This document shows positions 10,401-22,700 of a DNA stretch of 42,360 nt, one piece after another. Both the position numbers and the translations under genes were made by a program. The notes under the pieces are model-generated. The model saw nothing but the letters and a program-made list of their open reading frames with translations, was not told the origin of the DNA and made no database searches. The first letter of the stretch is position 1, and each line of letters begins with the position of its first letter. The DNA is from Paraspadella gotoi (Eukaryota; Animalia; Chaetognatha): the NCBI GenBank assembly GCA_051294375.1, contig JBJCIZ010000217.1, forward strand, positions 1-42,360, written 5' to 3'.

Positions 10401-11464
10401 AGAGAGAGAGAAGAGAGAAAGTTTTCAAAACACAGGTTTAGAAAGGACAGTGATCAGTGGTGAGAATAGGCAACGGGGTAAGGACAGATTGAATTTAGGT
10501 TTTGAAAAGAAGGAATGGTCAATTGGGAGAGAGAGAGAAGAGAGACAGGGAAGAAAGAAAATGATAGCATATCTTAATGGACTACACAGTAAAAAGATTT
10601 TGTATATGAATTTTTAATTAACTATTAATAATAATGAAGAAAAGAAAGAAAAGAAAAAGTGCAGAGATACATTTGGTGAGGGATAGCAAAGTAATTAGTA
10701 AAGTGAAGGTTAGATTAAGAAAGAGCTCAAAATGAGCTGCCCCCTTGGCTTTAGCAAATGAGAGGCTGGACGATGAGCCGGGACTGACGTGTCATTGGTG
10801 AGAAGATAGTTCCGACCAGAATATGCTTAGTGCGGATTGGGTAGCTTCCTTTGAGGGAAGATTCCCTGTGGTACCGAATGTCTCTTTAGCCTGATACGCC
10901 TGCCGGGCTTCCCTTTATCGCCTGCTGCGGGTGGGTGGGTGTCATTTCTTAATCCGACTTTTTGCGACACAGGAGTGGTGGACTCCTCTCCCTCCTCCTG
11001 TAGCCGTTATTGGCGGCGCTCATTCCACAGAGAGAGGACTGAGTTGCATATTTATGGTTAAACATTTCGTTAAACTAGATGGATAACCACCAAAACATTT
11101 GTGTAACCAACTCTGTGTGCTTTGAATGGGTCATGCTATACCCGTGACAGCGAGGGCGCTTAAGGACTTGTTGTTTTTGTTCAAAAAAATGAAAAACTAT
11201 TATGATCACAAGAACAATGGCAGAACGGTTACTCGTGCATAAAAAAAATTCACTGTTCAATAATTATTATATTTCTTTTTATTTTTTGAAACGTTACGTT
11301 CATATGTTGATTTCCAAAAATATCAATGCAAACTCTTTTTTTGTTTGTTAGATATGCTGAATATAGGTGATAGAAGATGATAAATTTTTTAAAAAGTTTC
11401 ACTTTATTCATATTATTCGTAGATTATAATAAAAAAAAATAAAAAAAAATAATAATTACTATGT

Positions 11465-12247
11465 GTGCTTATGTCTCAAATAGATGGAAAAAAAACTCAT
11501 TTAAAAATTGCGATCGGAAGTGGGGTAACTAAGGCTACCAATTGCCATCCTCTCACCCCGATTGTTTTCTCAAAAATTTTTTTTATTAATACACTGAAAG
11601 GGAAAAAAGAAAATGGAATGCAGTTGCAGAAAGGGTACAGAAATCTGGACTTTTTGACATGATAACCATGACTTTTATATCTTGTAAATGGGGGCAGTAA
11701 AGAAATCTAAAAAATTCATCATTAAGTCAGTCAATGAACCCTTTCCAATGGGCTATTACGCAGAAATGATTTTTTCTTAATAAATGGATGATAAATAATA
11801 AATTAAATTCCTTGCTGATATTTAAAAAAATTATCAATACCAATTTAACACATGATGTTTGCTTGTCAAATATGTTACCAGCTATATATTTTTTACAACT
11901 TATTATATAAACAAGCAGTTTGTCAAGCTTTTAGTTTGCAGCTAAAAATAATAAAAATGACGATTTTTTTTCACAGACAGAAGGTAGATGTCAGACTGTT
12001 TTATATCAAGCTGAAACATTTTTGTGATTTATCATTTTTAATATTTAAAATACATTTATCAAGCTACAATATAAACATTTTGCTTGTTTTTACTTTACTG
12101 AAAATATAAGCATTTTATGAATAAGAAAATTTAATAATAAACAAAATGTAATTCAGCTTTCCTTTTTCAAATTACAAAAGAAAAGAAAAAATTTCATATG
12201 CTCATTGAAATTTTTAAAGCGAAACCAACTGTTATACTTTTAACTCT
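11465..12247. repeat. Inverted diverged copy of the 2195-2995 repeat
   Basis: Collinear reverse-complement similarity across ~780 bp. Confidence 0.8.
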
Positions 12248-13639
12248 GATTAAACAAAAGCTGTGTAAAGATTTACTGGATTTCATTTAATAAAAACTCT
12301 TCAGAAAGGTCCCATGATTAGGGCTTTAATTTGATACCACATCACCTTGCTACCTCTTTTCTTTCAAAAGTTATTTAAAAAAATAACTTTTTTAAGTTAC
12401 GCAGTACAAATCTTGTTAAATAAATTCGGCAAAGCGGGAGTATCTCACTTATTTCTATTTGGTACAATACTTAAATTTCAAAATAAAACTGAAGAAATTT
12501 TTTTTGTCATTTCTAGAGACATTCATTTCAGATGTACCCATCGTTAATAATTATGTATTTATTTCCCAAAAAAGCCTATTAGAAAAGTTGAAATTTTTCA
12601 AATTGTGGAAAAAAATTTTGTCCGACCTATGCTCATTGGAGAATATGTTTTCGCATAGAAAATCAAGTATAAAAAAATAAAAAAATCAGCCTCAGAAAAA
12701 TCGATAAGCTAGAGGCTGATTATTTTTTGAATTGCAAAAATTTTTCCTGACTCATAATCCATTATTCTCAAGTTTCAACATAATTTTTTCCAAAATCATG
12801 TCAATCAATTTTTTTTATTAATTAAAATGTTTTTTATGATGTTGTTTTGTTTGAAAGAATTGAAAAAAAGTGAAAAATATAGTAATTATAATAAGGTTTT
12901 TGAAAATACCTTTAAAATATTAAATAATTAGACACAAGGGGAGTAAGCAGAGAAACTTCCCTTTCATGAAAGAAATTGAAATGAATTGTTCATATTGTAT
13001 TTAGATTAATTAACTATTACAACATATGATTCATATAAATTGAGGGAAATGATGGGTAAAAAATATTCATCCTTGTTCTCGGTTCAACTATTAAGTTATC
13101 GTTGAAAGTTTTGTTTTAATAATATTGGATAGTTTTTTTTGCCATTAAGAAAGCCAATGGTCTAAAATTTTGTAAGCGTCGAGCTATATTGCTTTTATCT
13201 TCTTTACTATTTTATGATCTAGTTTAGCCTTTTTTTTTTCTGGATGGTCAAGGGTTATGGTCAGATACAGTAATGTCCGTAGTGTATATCGCACATATTA
13301 CCCAAAAGTAATGATTAATTAATTTTGGCTCAGAAACAATTTTAAAGGCGATCAAAATCAGCACGAGGAACCGTTTCGCCACGTTTATTTTTCATTGTGT
13401 CATATATATAATAGATAAAATAACTTTTTACAAAGAAAACGGTATATAATTTTCTTATTCACATATATTTGATTAAAACTATTTATTATCTCATTTTTCC
13501 TATTATGTTAATTCTTTTATATTTTTTCCCCAAAAATAATTTTTTTAATAAATATAAAAATTATTTAAAACAAGTTTTTTATATTATATAGATTGAAAAG
13601 AGATTTTTAAATACTGGATTTAGCTATATTTATATAAAT

Positions 13640-15237
13640 TATATAGAGAAATGCAAAGTCTTTGAAATATGGGTACACACGAATTTATTGGGAATACGGA
13701 CATGTTCTCGGCTCACAATATTCGAGCCTTCACTCAAGCGTCTTTGGACATACAAAAAAATATTGTGCAAAAGAAGGGTGTGAGAGAGAGAGAGAGAGAG
13801 AGAGGAAAAAGGTTAAAGGTTTTTCCAACAAAGTGGTGGACAGAAATAGTGGTCAGCATCGAAGAGAAACAGCTGGAAGTTAGGACAGATTGAGTGAGTT
13901 CGTGAAAAGAAAAAATTTGTTAGACGAGGAGAGAGAGACAAGAGGGCTAAAATATTAAAAGATTACATTTTTGTAATGTTTTTTTTTTTTTTTTACAACA
14001 AAAGTAAATGTGAATTTTGAAAAAACTAAATGTCAGTAAGAGTTAAACAAGTTATCTGGTTAGTTAAATAATTAGCTAAAGGATAGTGAGATGAAATATG
14101 AAATTTGAAATGTGAAAAGATAGTTTTAGTTTAATTGAGGCAATTACATCAAGCCTCGAGCCCTCTTTGAACCGTTGATGGAGTATGAAATTCGATCTCC
14201 CTCCAAGTTATGATTCGCTTATCAAAAGCATGGTGAAGGCCCCGCTCCACGCCCGCACAATGATTCCCCGTCTCACTCAACGAGACAGGCGGAGACCTGC
14301 GCAGCCAATGGGCAAACGATGCCTCTCACTCAAATGAAGCAATTCAGTTTCCTTATCCTCTGGCGACTGAGCGCCCGCCCCCAAAACGACGGCTTCAGGA
14401 GGAGGGAGAGGAGTCCACCACTCCTGTCACTAAAGCGCTAAGAATGGACAACCCGCCCGCCTCGCCAGCAGGCGAGAAAGAGCAAGCCAAGCAGGCCATA
14501 AACAGGCCAAGAGACATAAGAGTGGCTCTGGAATCTTTCCGTCAGGTTTATACCCAGTGCAAACATTCACCTGGTCAACCACACTCTCCTCTCAGCCTAT
14601 GACGCGTTAATGGACCTGGCACCATCGTCTCTGTCCTTCATTTGCATATAAAACAAGGGCCAGCTCATTTTTGAGCTCTTTTCCTTCTCCTATATATTTC
14701 ACTTTCTTATTCCTCTTAAACTGTCAATTAAACTAAAAAACTATCCTTTCACATTTCAAATTTCATATTTCATTCTCACTCATCCTTTAGCTAATTATTT
14801 TAAAAACCAAACTACCTAACCAGATAATTGTTACTCTTTACTGACTTTAGTTTTTCAAATCACATTTACTTTTGTTGTACATTACAAAAATGTATCTTTA
14901 ATATTATTTATTTTATTTATCCCTGTTGTCTCTCTCTCTCCAACAAATTTCATTTCTTTTCACAACACTCACTCATCTGTTCCTTAACTTCAAGCCTGTT
15001 CTCTCATCTGACCACTATATCAGTCTCACACTTTGTTGGAAACTTAACTCTCTCTCTCTCTCTCTTCTCACACACCCTTCTTTGCACAAATATTTATCCT
15101 TATGTCAAACGCTGATGAAGGCTCGAAATTGTGAGCCGAAACATGTCCGTATTTCCAAATATAATTCGTTGTACACATTCAAAATCTTTGCATTTCTCTA
15201 TTCCTAATAACAACGAAAACGAAAGGTTTATCGCATC
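13640..15237 (+). mobile_element. Complete PLE family A insertion: inverted pLTR (13640-14137) + forward truncated copy (14137-15237)
   Basis: Hammerheads on both strands (13696-13740 minus, error-containing; 15107-15153 plus); candidate TSD atataaatta at 13632-13641 and 15238-15247. Confidence 0.85.
15107..15153 (+). ncRNA. Minimal type I hammerhead ribozyme (copy of 1302-1349)
   Basis: CTGATGA 15112-15118; GAAAcatGTC ends 15147. Confidence 0.9.
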
Positions 15238-18200
15238 ATATAAATTAATAATACTAACCATTTTTATTTATTTTAAATTTGCTTTTTTCCAATTTCTTTG
15301 CATCTATCGCATTAAAAAATCGATAGAACGCGGAATATTGGCAAGCGAATTTTTTAATTTTTTTGCATCTTAAAGAATAGTTTTACATGTGTTTCAAAAT
15401 TAGATGGGCACAAGATGTCTTTTATTATTCTCTGTATTTATACTCCGCGCTATTGAGCGGGCGCGGACGACGCCGACACAAATCGTTTTGTTTGTGCCTC
15501 TCTAGTTTCGATCACGTGGGTTGACTTTTGTTATTTAAATAACGTTCAGTTTTTGAACAGGTTGGCGAGTTTATTTATCAACAAACAATTGGCGACGAGG
15601 AACGGAGATAAGTTGTTTCATAAAAACGAGTGTGAAATTAATCTTTAATTTCGAGGCTTAAAAATATAAAAACGTGAGTATAAAATCAATCAAAAATAAA
15701 CCCCAACGGCGAGAGGTTAAAAACGTTGAACGTTCTAGAGCAACAACTTTCTCTCTCTAAAAATATCTGCTAAAGTTAAAAATAAGACGGATACCAATTG
15801 TCCCCCTTTTTCCCCTTTTCTTTCGCGACTGAATCAGTGTAAACTTTCCTTAATTATTTGGGCCGACTCGATCGCGATGTCGTCCGCCGGTGACTCCGCG
15901 GACGTCGAAACTTTCATTCCGATCGCGGGAAACGCCACGCCGTCGGCCGCCACGAGCGTCAAAAACAAGTTTATTATATTGTATCCATAATAAATTTAGA
16001 GTTAAAGTTTACAGTTTTTGCATTAAAAATTCAATGAAGCAATATGAAATTTTTTCTTTTTCGTTTGTAATTTGAAAGGCAAGACTGAATTACATTTGAT
16101 TACCATTAATTTCTCTACTGCATAAATTTGCTTTATTTTTCAGTTAAAGTAAAAACAAGCACAAATGTCTTGATACAGCCTTTGATAAAATGTCTTTTTT
16201 AATATTAAAAATGATAAATATATAATGTTTTCAGCTTGATATAAACAGTTTTCTCTCTGTGATAAAAATTCGTTCATTTTCATTATCTTTAACTGCAAAC
16301 AAAAAGCTTGACACTGCCTTGTTTATCATATATAAAATTTTAAAAAATTATATTAGCTGGCTAATATTTGACAAAGCAAGACATTGTGTTTATTTGTATG
16401 GATAATTCTTTTAAAATATACAAACCTTTATATACCTTAACTTATATTTAATTCTATTATTTTCATCCATTTTTAATTAGAAAAAGAATTCGCGGAAAGC
16501 CCATTGGAAAGGGTTAATTGAATGACTTAATGCATCAAAATTTTATTTTGTTGCTTTACTGCCCCATTTCACAAGACATAAAAGTCATGATTATCGTATC
16601 AAGTATGTCCAGCATTATCTGTACGCTTTCTGCAACCTGCATTCTGCATTTTCTTTTTTCCCTTTCAAATGTAATTAAAAAACAAAATTGATTAGAGAAT
16701 GATCAGTGTGGAGGATGTATCTTGGTAAGCCTTAGTTTACCCCACATCTCGATTGGAATTTTAAATGAGGTTTTTTTTTCCATTTATTCGAGACATAATT
16801 ACTAACTATTGGTTCTATTAATTTTTTACATTGCTTACATTATATTTTGCGTAATCAGCAGAAACGTTTAAGCGTGCAAAAATATTGAAAAAAAAGTAAA
16901 TTAAAAATTTATGGGAGCGCAATTAACTTATAATTAAATAGCATGCAAACAAAATGGATTATCCACCAGTGAGTGATATAAATGCGTTCCTGAAAAATTT
17001 CTTCAACATTTGACACACTTGAATAATCTCTTCCTCTTCATCTAACTCCATACACGTATATCTACGCGGTTAGAAAGAATGAGCTCTTTTGTGATCATAC
17101 ATGGCGCAGGATTGGCCATCTATGAAAGCCGAATCTCGTCCATCAGGATAGAAAATAAGGAAAGAACAGTCAAAAATTATAATGAGTAAATAAAAAAAAA
17201 CTTATACGTTATTATACTTCTTTGTTTTGAGGATTAAACGTTCAATTTATTATTTTTGATTAGAAATTTAGAATTTCCAAAATCTTTTTCTTTGAAATTG
17301 CGGAATGTGGACGATGCAATAAACGAGTATTGGGGCTATTGACTGTCCAAGAATCGAATTACGATCGAGAAAGACCCCAAAGATGATAAAATATAGCTAG
17401 ATTTGATATGCCATATTTTTGCTGGCTAAAAGGGCCTGAAATTAATTGCCAGATTCTAGCATAGAGTATGCCAAGTTTTAACCATAGGTCCTTTCTCTAT
17501 TCATTGTAGGAACTTTAAACCTTGCTCTTCTTCTATCTTTTTTTTTTTTTTTTTTTTAATAATCCAAAAACAGTATTGACATAATCATAAACAGTAAACA
17601 GTGTAAAAACTGAAAACTAAACGATGTATTGAAATTCAATAAAAACAAAAGACACTAACGTTTAAAAGGAGACTGGAAAACAAGTAAAAACTACATATAA
17701 CTACATATTGAAATTCACATAAAAACAAAAGACACTAACGTTTAAAAATCGATTAATAAATGCTTATGAATTAATCTCATAAACTATAAAAAATAACGTT
17801 CAAGAACGTTCAAGGTCAAATGTAAAAATCATAAAAACGGAAAAAACTAAAAAACGAAAAATGTCAAATGTCGAGAGAAGCAATAGTTTTTATTTTTATT
17901 TATAATTTTTTATTTTTGATAATTCGTAAATAAAAACAAAAAATATGAAAACAGAACAAAAAAAAACTGGTTCACTGGGAGTGAACAAGTCTGTGAGAGA
18001 GGCTTGATTAAAAGCTTGTAGAAACTGTTATGTTATTATCTTGCAAGTGTGATGAGGCCTTAACACCAAAGCCTGTCCAAAGTCAGGGACCAAAGATAGC
18101 CTTATTTATTAAATGGAAGGATAATTTTTATATTGGTTGTACCAATTTCATAAAATTCAGTCCTTGTATTTGATGCTAGTGCGGAAGTACATATAGTATT

Positions 18201-18744
18201 CCCCGATCTAATACTTAAGGAGTGGTCTTTCATACAATTGAACATTCTTTGAAATATTATACCACTTCATTGATAGCGGAAGCCAGGTTCACTGGAGTGA
18301 ATAAACAAGTCTGTGAGAGAGCTTGATTAAAAGCCTTGCAAAACCTGTTATGTTATTATCTGCAAGTGTGATGGAGGCCTTAATCCACAAAGCCTGTCCA
18401 AAGTCAGGGACAAGATTAGCTATATTATTAAATGAATGGGATAATTTATTGGTTTGTTACCAATTTCATAAAGCATTAATAAAAAACATGAGAGCAAAAA
18501 AAAATAACTAAACATTATAAAAGTGTTTAATATTCAAGTTTTATTTATAAAAAGTCAACTTATGCATGTGTATAACATATACCTAAAAATATATATTTAT
18601 AAAGTGTTTAAAGTAAAAGGGCAGAGGACCACATTGCTATGAATAGAAATATCAAAACTATCTTTTTTTTTTTTTTAATACCAAAAACAGTATTCTCTCT
18701 CTCTCTTTCTTTAACTCCAATTAATTCCAATTCACGAATGTTCA

Positions 18745-18791
18745 AAGCTGCTGATGAAGGCTTGAAATTGTGAGCCGAAACATGTCTGCTT
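18745..18791 (+). ncRNA. Minimal type I hammerhead ribozyme (copy of 4922-4967)
   Basis: CTGATGA 18751-18757; GAAAcatGTC ends 18786. Confidence 0.85.
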
Positions 18792-19417
18792 TTTCACAAT
18801 AAAATCGTTTTAAAAACTCGTTAAAACTTTGAAATAGCCTTTAAAATTTCATATTACATTTAGGATTCAAGTAGTTTTCGTTTGAATTTTACTTCATTAT
18901 GATGTACTGCAATATGGCAAATGCAGATTATAGTACTTCATTTAATATCCAAATTAGTATATAGAAATTACTTTAATCTAATTTACATATTGCAGTAAAT
19001 AATATGAAGATAAAATTCATAAAACAAATTTTGAATCAATAAAAAACATTGTGAAATCACAAAGACCTTTTTAATGAGAAGCTAGTATCTTAATTTTTAA
19101 TACAAATAAAAATAAAATCTTTACAGCTATGATTGGAAAAAATTGTAACATTTTTGCCTTATTTTATTTCTTCAATATTATATTTATATTATTTTCTTTT
19201 TTTTATCAGGCGCTGCCTTTTCTGAATCGTTTAAAAAACGAGTTCAGGCTCTTTCTCTCTCTCTCTCTCCGTCTCTCGTCTCCTCTCCGTCTTCTTGCGT
19301 GCCGTTCGTTTTTTGAAAAATTATGAGTATTAGGCATAGCGAATTTCCTTCTTTTCGTTGTTTGATTAGTAGAATAAGTTTGAATTTATTGCAACAATGA
19401 TATTATTAGTACATAAG

Positions 19418-19461
19418 GACGTACATGTTTCGGCTTTAGTTACAAGCCTTTCTTCAGCGTC
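19418..19461 (-). ncRNA. Minimal type I hammerhead ribozyme, PLE family C pLTR
   Basis: Minus strand: gacg-CTGAAGA-aa-ggctt/gtaacta/aagcc-GAAA-catGTA-cgtc; perfect stem I gacg/cgtc, GUA site. Confidence 0.9.
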
Positions 19462-19634
19462 TAGAAAAATGTTTGTGAAACTCTCACAAATCATTTTGTG
19501 CAAAGGAAAAGTAAGGAGAGAGAGAGAGAGAGAGAGACATGAGAGAGGGCAAAGTATCCAACACAGAGTTGAGAAAAAGAATAGTGGTCAAGATGTGAGG
19601 ACAGTCAGGTGAAGACAGATTGAGTTAGACTGTG

Positions 19635-19659
19635 NNNNNNNNNNNNNNNNNNNNNNNNN
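19635..19659. other. Assembly gap (25 N)
   Basis: 25 Ns; flanks are essentially contiguous in the copy at ~27745-27780. Confidence 0.98.
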
Positions 19660-19744
19660 AAAAGAAATTAAGTGGTGAAATTTTTGAGAGAGAGGGAGAA
19701 AGACAGAGAGAGAGAGAGAGAGAGAGAGAAAAGAAAAAAGGAAC

Positions 19745-22700
19745 ATTTCTGCCGTCCGTCGCCTTTCCTGTCCTCCCCTGTCCTTTCCGTCTTGCCTTTT
19801 CCCTTACCCCCGGCCCCGCCCCCTTTCCGTTCTGCCTTCCTTGCCCTTTTTCTGCCCCCCCTGTGTCCCCATCTTTTCTCCTCTCCTTCTTCTGGCTCCC
19901 CCTCTCCTCCTGTTTTGGCGTCGTGGCGGCCGCCGGCGTGCGGTCCGCGCGGCCCTGCCAGTTCGCCGTACGCGGCGTCCCCGCGGCCGCCCTCGCGGCT
20001 CGCGCCGGAGCCCCTCCTCGCCGGCGCCCGGTTTCCCTGCTTCCGTCGCGCCGCCCCCGGGGCCCGGGGCACCTTGGTCTCGTCGTTCTTTCTTCCCTTT
20101 CGGCCGCTCTTTTCGGCGCGCGCCGTCGTTGCCTCCTCGCCCGTTCCCGTTTTCCCCTCTTCGCCGTGTGGGTTTCTTTTTTGCTTGCTTTTCTCCTCCC
20201 CGTTTTTCATCTGTTGTTCCTCCTCGCCCTTCCCCGCCTTCCTTTGTCCCGCCCCTCGTTTACTTCTGCCCCATTTTCTCTCTTCGTTCCTCGTCGCCCC
20301 CATGGCTTTTTGGTTGCTCCCTCCCCTCGGGCCCCCCTGTTCCCCCTGCCGTTCTTCCCTCCCTTCCGTCCTCCCCTGGCTCGGCCCCTCGCGCGGCCCC
20401 CTCTTTATGTCGGTCGTCCGGTCCCGCCGCCCTGCCTCGCGCGGGTCTCCCGCCCTCCGTCCCCGGCTCTGTCCACTCGCTCCTTTTTTGCCCCCCCTGT
20501 CCCTCCTCTTTCCGCTCCCCCCCTTCCCCCTTCGCCTTGCCCTCTTCCCGTCTCTCGCTTTCTCTGCGCTTCGCGTTGCCCCCCCTTGGCCCCCCTCGCC
20601 ACTTTGCCCCTCCGTAACTCCCCTGTTCGTCTTCTTCCTTTCTCTGCTGCGCTACCCGCTTTCGTTGTTGCTCGTCTTGTTCTTCGGCTCTCGCGCCCTG
20701 CCCCGCTTTGCCTGTGGTCCCCCCCCCTTTTCTCTTGCCCTCGGCCCTGTTTTCGCTCCCCTTTCGCGCCTTCCTCCGCGTTTGCCCTCTCGGCTCCCTC
20801 TTTGTGGCCCCGCCGGGTGTGTGGCGCGCGCGCGCGAACCGCCGTTCCCGGTTTTTCACCCCCCCGTGGTGCGCCTGCCTCTGGGTCCGCTGCGCGCCGG
20901 CATCGCCGATTCCGGCCCGCTTGCGTGCGTTGTGCCCGCCCTGCCCTTTGGTTGCGCGAGCGCCCGCGCCCGGCTCTCTCCACTCCTCTCTTCCCGCTCC
21001 CTTTTTGTCCTGTCCCCCCCGTCCCTGTGCATTTTGCCCTCCCTGTCCTCCGCGTCGCCCTTTCTCTGGTTCGTTTCCCTCTTCGCTCCGGCTCGATGCG
21101 CTGCCCTCTGCCCTCTGCCCTGTGGCCCGGCTCGTTTTTCGTTTACTTGCCCGTTTTCCGCGGCTCCGCCCGTGCCCTCACTCGGCGCCGGCCCGCGCTC
21201 CCCTGAACGCTGGCCCCTTGTTTTCTCTGGCCCCTGCCGGCCGCGCGCTGGTGCCGGATCCTTCCGCGTCCTCGGCTGCGCGGCGCGTGTGGTTGCCCGT
21301 GCCTGTTGCCCGCTTGGGTTCCTCCCCTGCCGCCCGCTTCCGCCGCGCCCCTCTTCTGTTCTCTTTGGGCCTGTTCTGCCTGCTGGCTGCTCTCTTCTCG
21401 CCTGCTGGCGAGGCGGGCGGTTGTCCCTTCTTGCCGCTTTCGCTCCCGGCGGTGGTGCCTCCTGCTCCCTCCTCCTGACGCGTCGTTTTGGGCGCGCGCC
21501 CCGTCGCCCGGCCCGCGCCCTGCCTTGCTTTCCTTGCGTGCGCGGCCCTCGTGTTTGCCCTGCCCTGATGGCGCTGAGCGCCCGGGTCTCCGCCTGTCTC
21601 GTTGCGTGCGGCCGGGGGCCTCTCTTGGTGGCGGGCGTGGCGACGGGGCTTCTTACCCTGCTTTTCGCTCCGGCGCCTCGTTCTCCCTTGGCGGGCGCTT
21701 CGCCTCTCCTCCATCCCGGGTTCCCCGCGGGCTTCGCCGGGCTGTTGCTGTCACCTTGCTCCCTTCCCCTCCCCAGCTCTCTTTTTTCCCTTTCGCCACT
21801 TTCCTCTTTCTCTCACTCTCCTTTAGCTCCTTCTGTTCCCTCCCCGCTCCTCTGTTTCCGCTGCTTCCTGCCCTCGTATCGTTTTTCCCCCCTCTCTCTC
21901 TCCCCCCCCCACTCGGCGGCGGGCGCCCCGCGCGCGTTTTTCCCCTCTCCTGTCCGTTCCGCGGTTCCCTTCTCTGTGTCGGCTGTTTCCGCTCCTTCGC
22001 TCCCGGCTCGTGCGAGCTTCTGCCTTTGCCCTGTGCCCCCGCCGTTTTTCGGGTTTCCTTGCGGCCCTTCCCTCACCGCCCTCCCCCTGCTTTGCCTCCG
22101 TGCTGGCGTCTGCCTCGCTCTCCCGTCCCCGTTCTGCTTCGCTTCTCCCCGCCTGGTGCCGCGTGCCCGCCTCACGCGCCGCCCTGCTGTCCCCGTCTCC
22201 CTCCCCGCCGGCGGCGCCCCTTGGCCGGGCACCTGGGCCCCAGCGCTGCTCTCCGGATCCCCATGCCGCCCTTCCGTTTCCTTTCTCCCTGCGACAGGCG
22301 CGCCCCCGCCGGCTTTTCCCCGGCGGGCGCGGCGTCCCCCCCTGTCTCCGCGGCCCGCCTGGCCCGCCCGCCCTCGCCCGCCCGGGCGCGCCGCGCGCCG
22401 CCAGCCGGCCTCCGGGCCCCGCGCCTCCGCGTGGCATCTGGGCCTTTTCGTCCGGTTTGCTCCCCCTGCCCCCTTTCCCTTGGTTCCCCCACCCTCGTCC
22501 TTCCGCCTGCCGCGTTCCTACCCTGGGCCCTCGGCTCTGTCCTTCCTTTGCCTCTCCCCCCCGGGGGGCCAGTCCTTTTTTGCGCTCTTTCTTCTCCTTC
22601 TCTTTCCCTTTCTCTCTCTTCCCTGTCCCTTCCCTCCTTCTCCTTTTCCCTTTCCCTTTCCCGTTTTCTTTCCTCTCCCTCTCCTTTTCGCTCCCTTCTT

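Larger units (their letters stand above)
9790..11050 (-). mobile_element. Diverged PLE (family D): post-endonuclease coding extension and pLTR, interrupted by insertions
   Basis: 10720-11050 is reverse-complement homologous to ~6980-7297; (GA)n pLTR blocks at 10401-10720; degenerate hammerhead at 9833-9876. Confidence 0.75.
13776..19443 (+). repeat. Near-identical second copy of 1-5620
   Basis: Collinear throughout; differences are almost all single-base indels. Confidence 0.95.

Noticed and set aside
7453-19612. Numerous 60-140-aa ORFs in AT-rich and (CT)n/(GA)n sequence
   Set aside because: Low-complexity translations of pLTRs and repeats; frames not preserved between duplicate copies.
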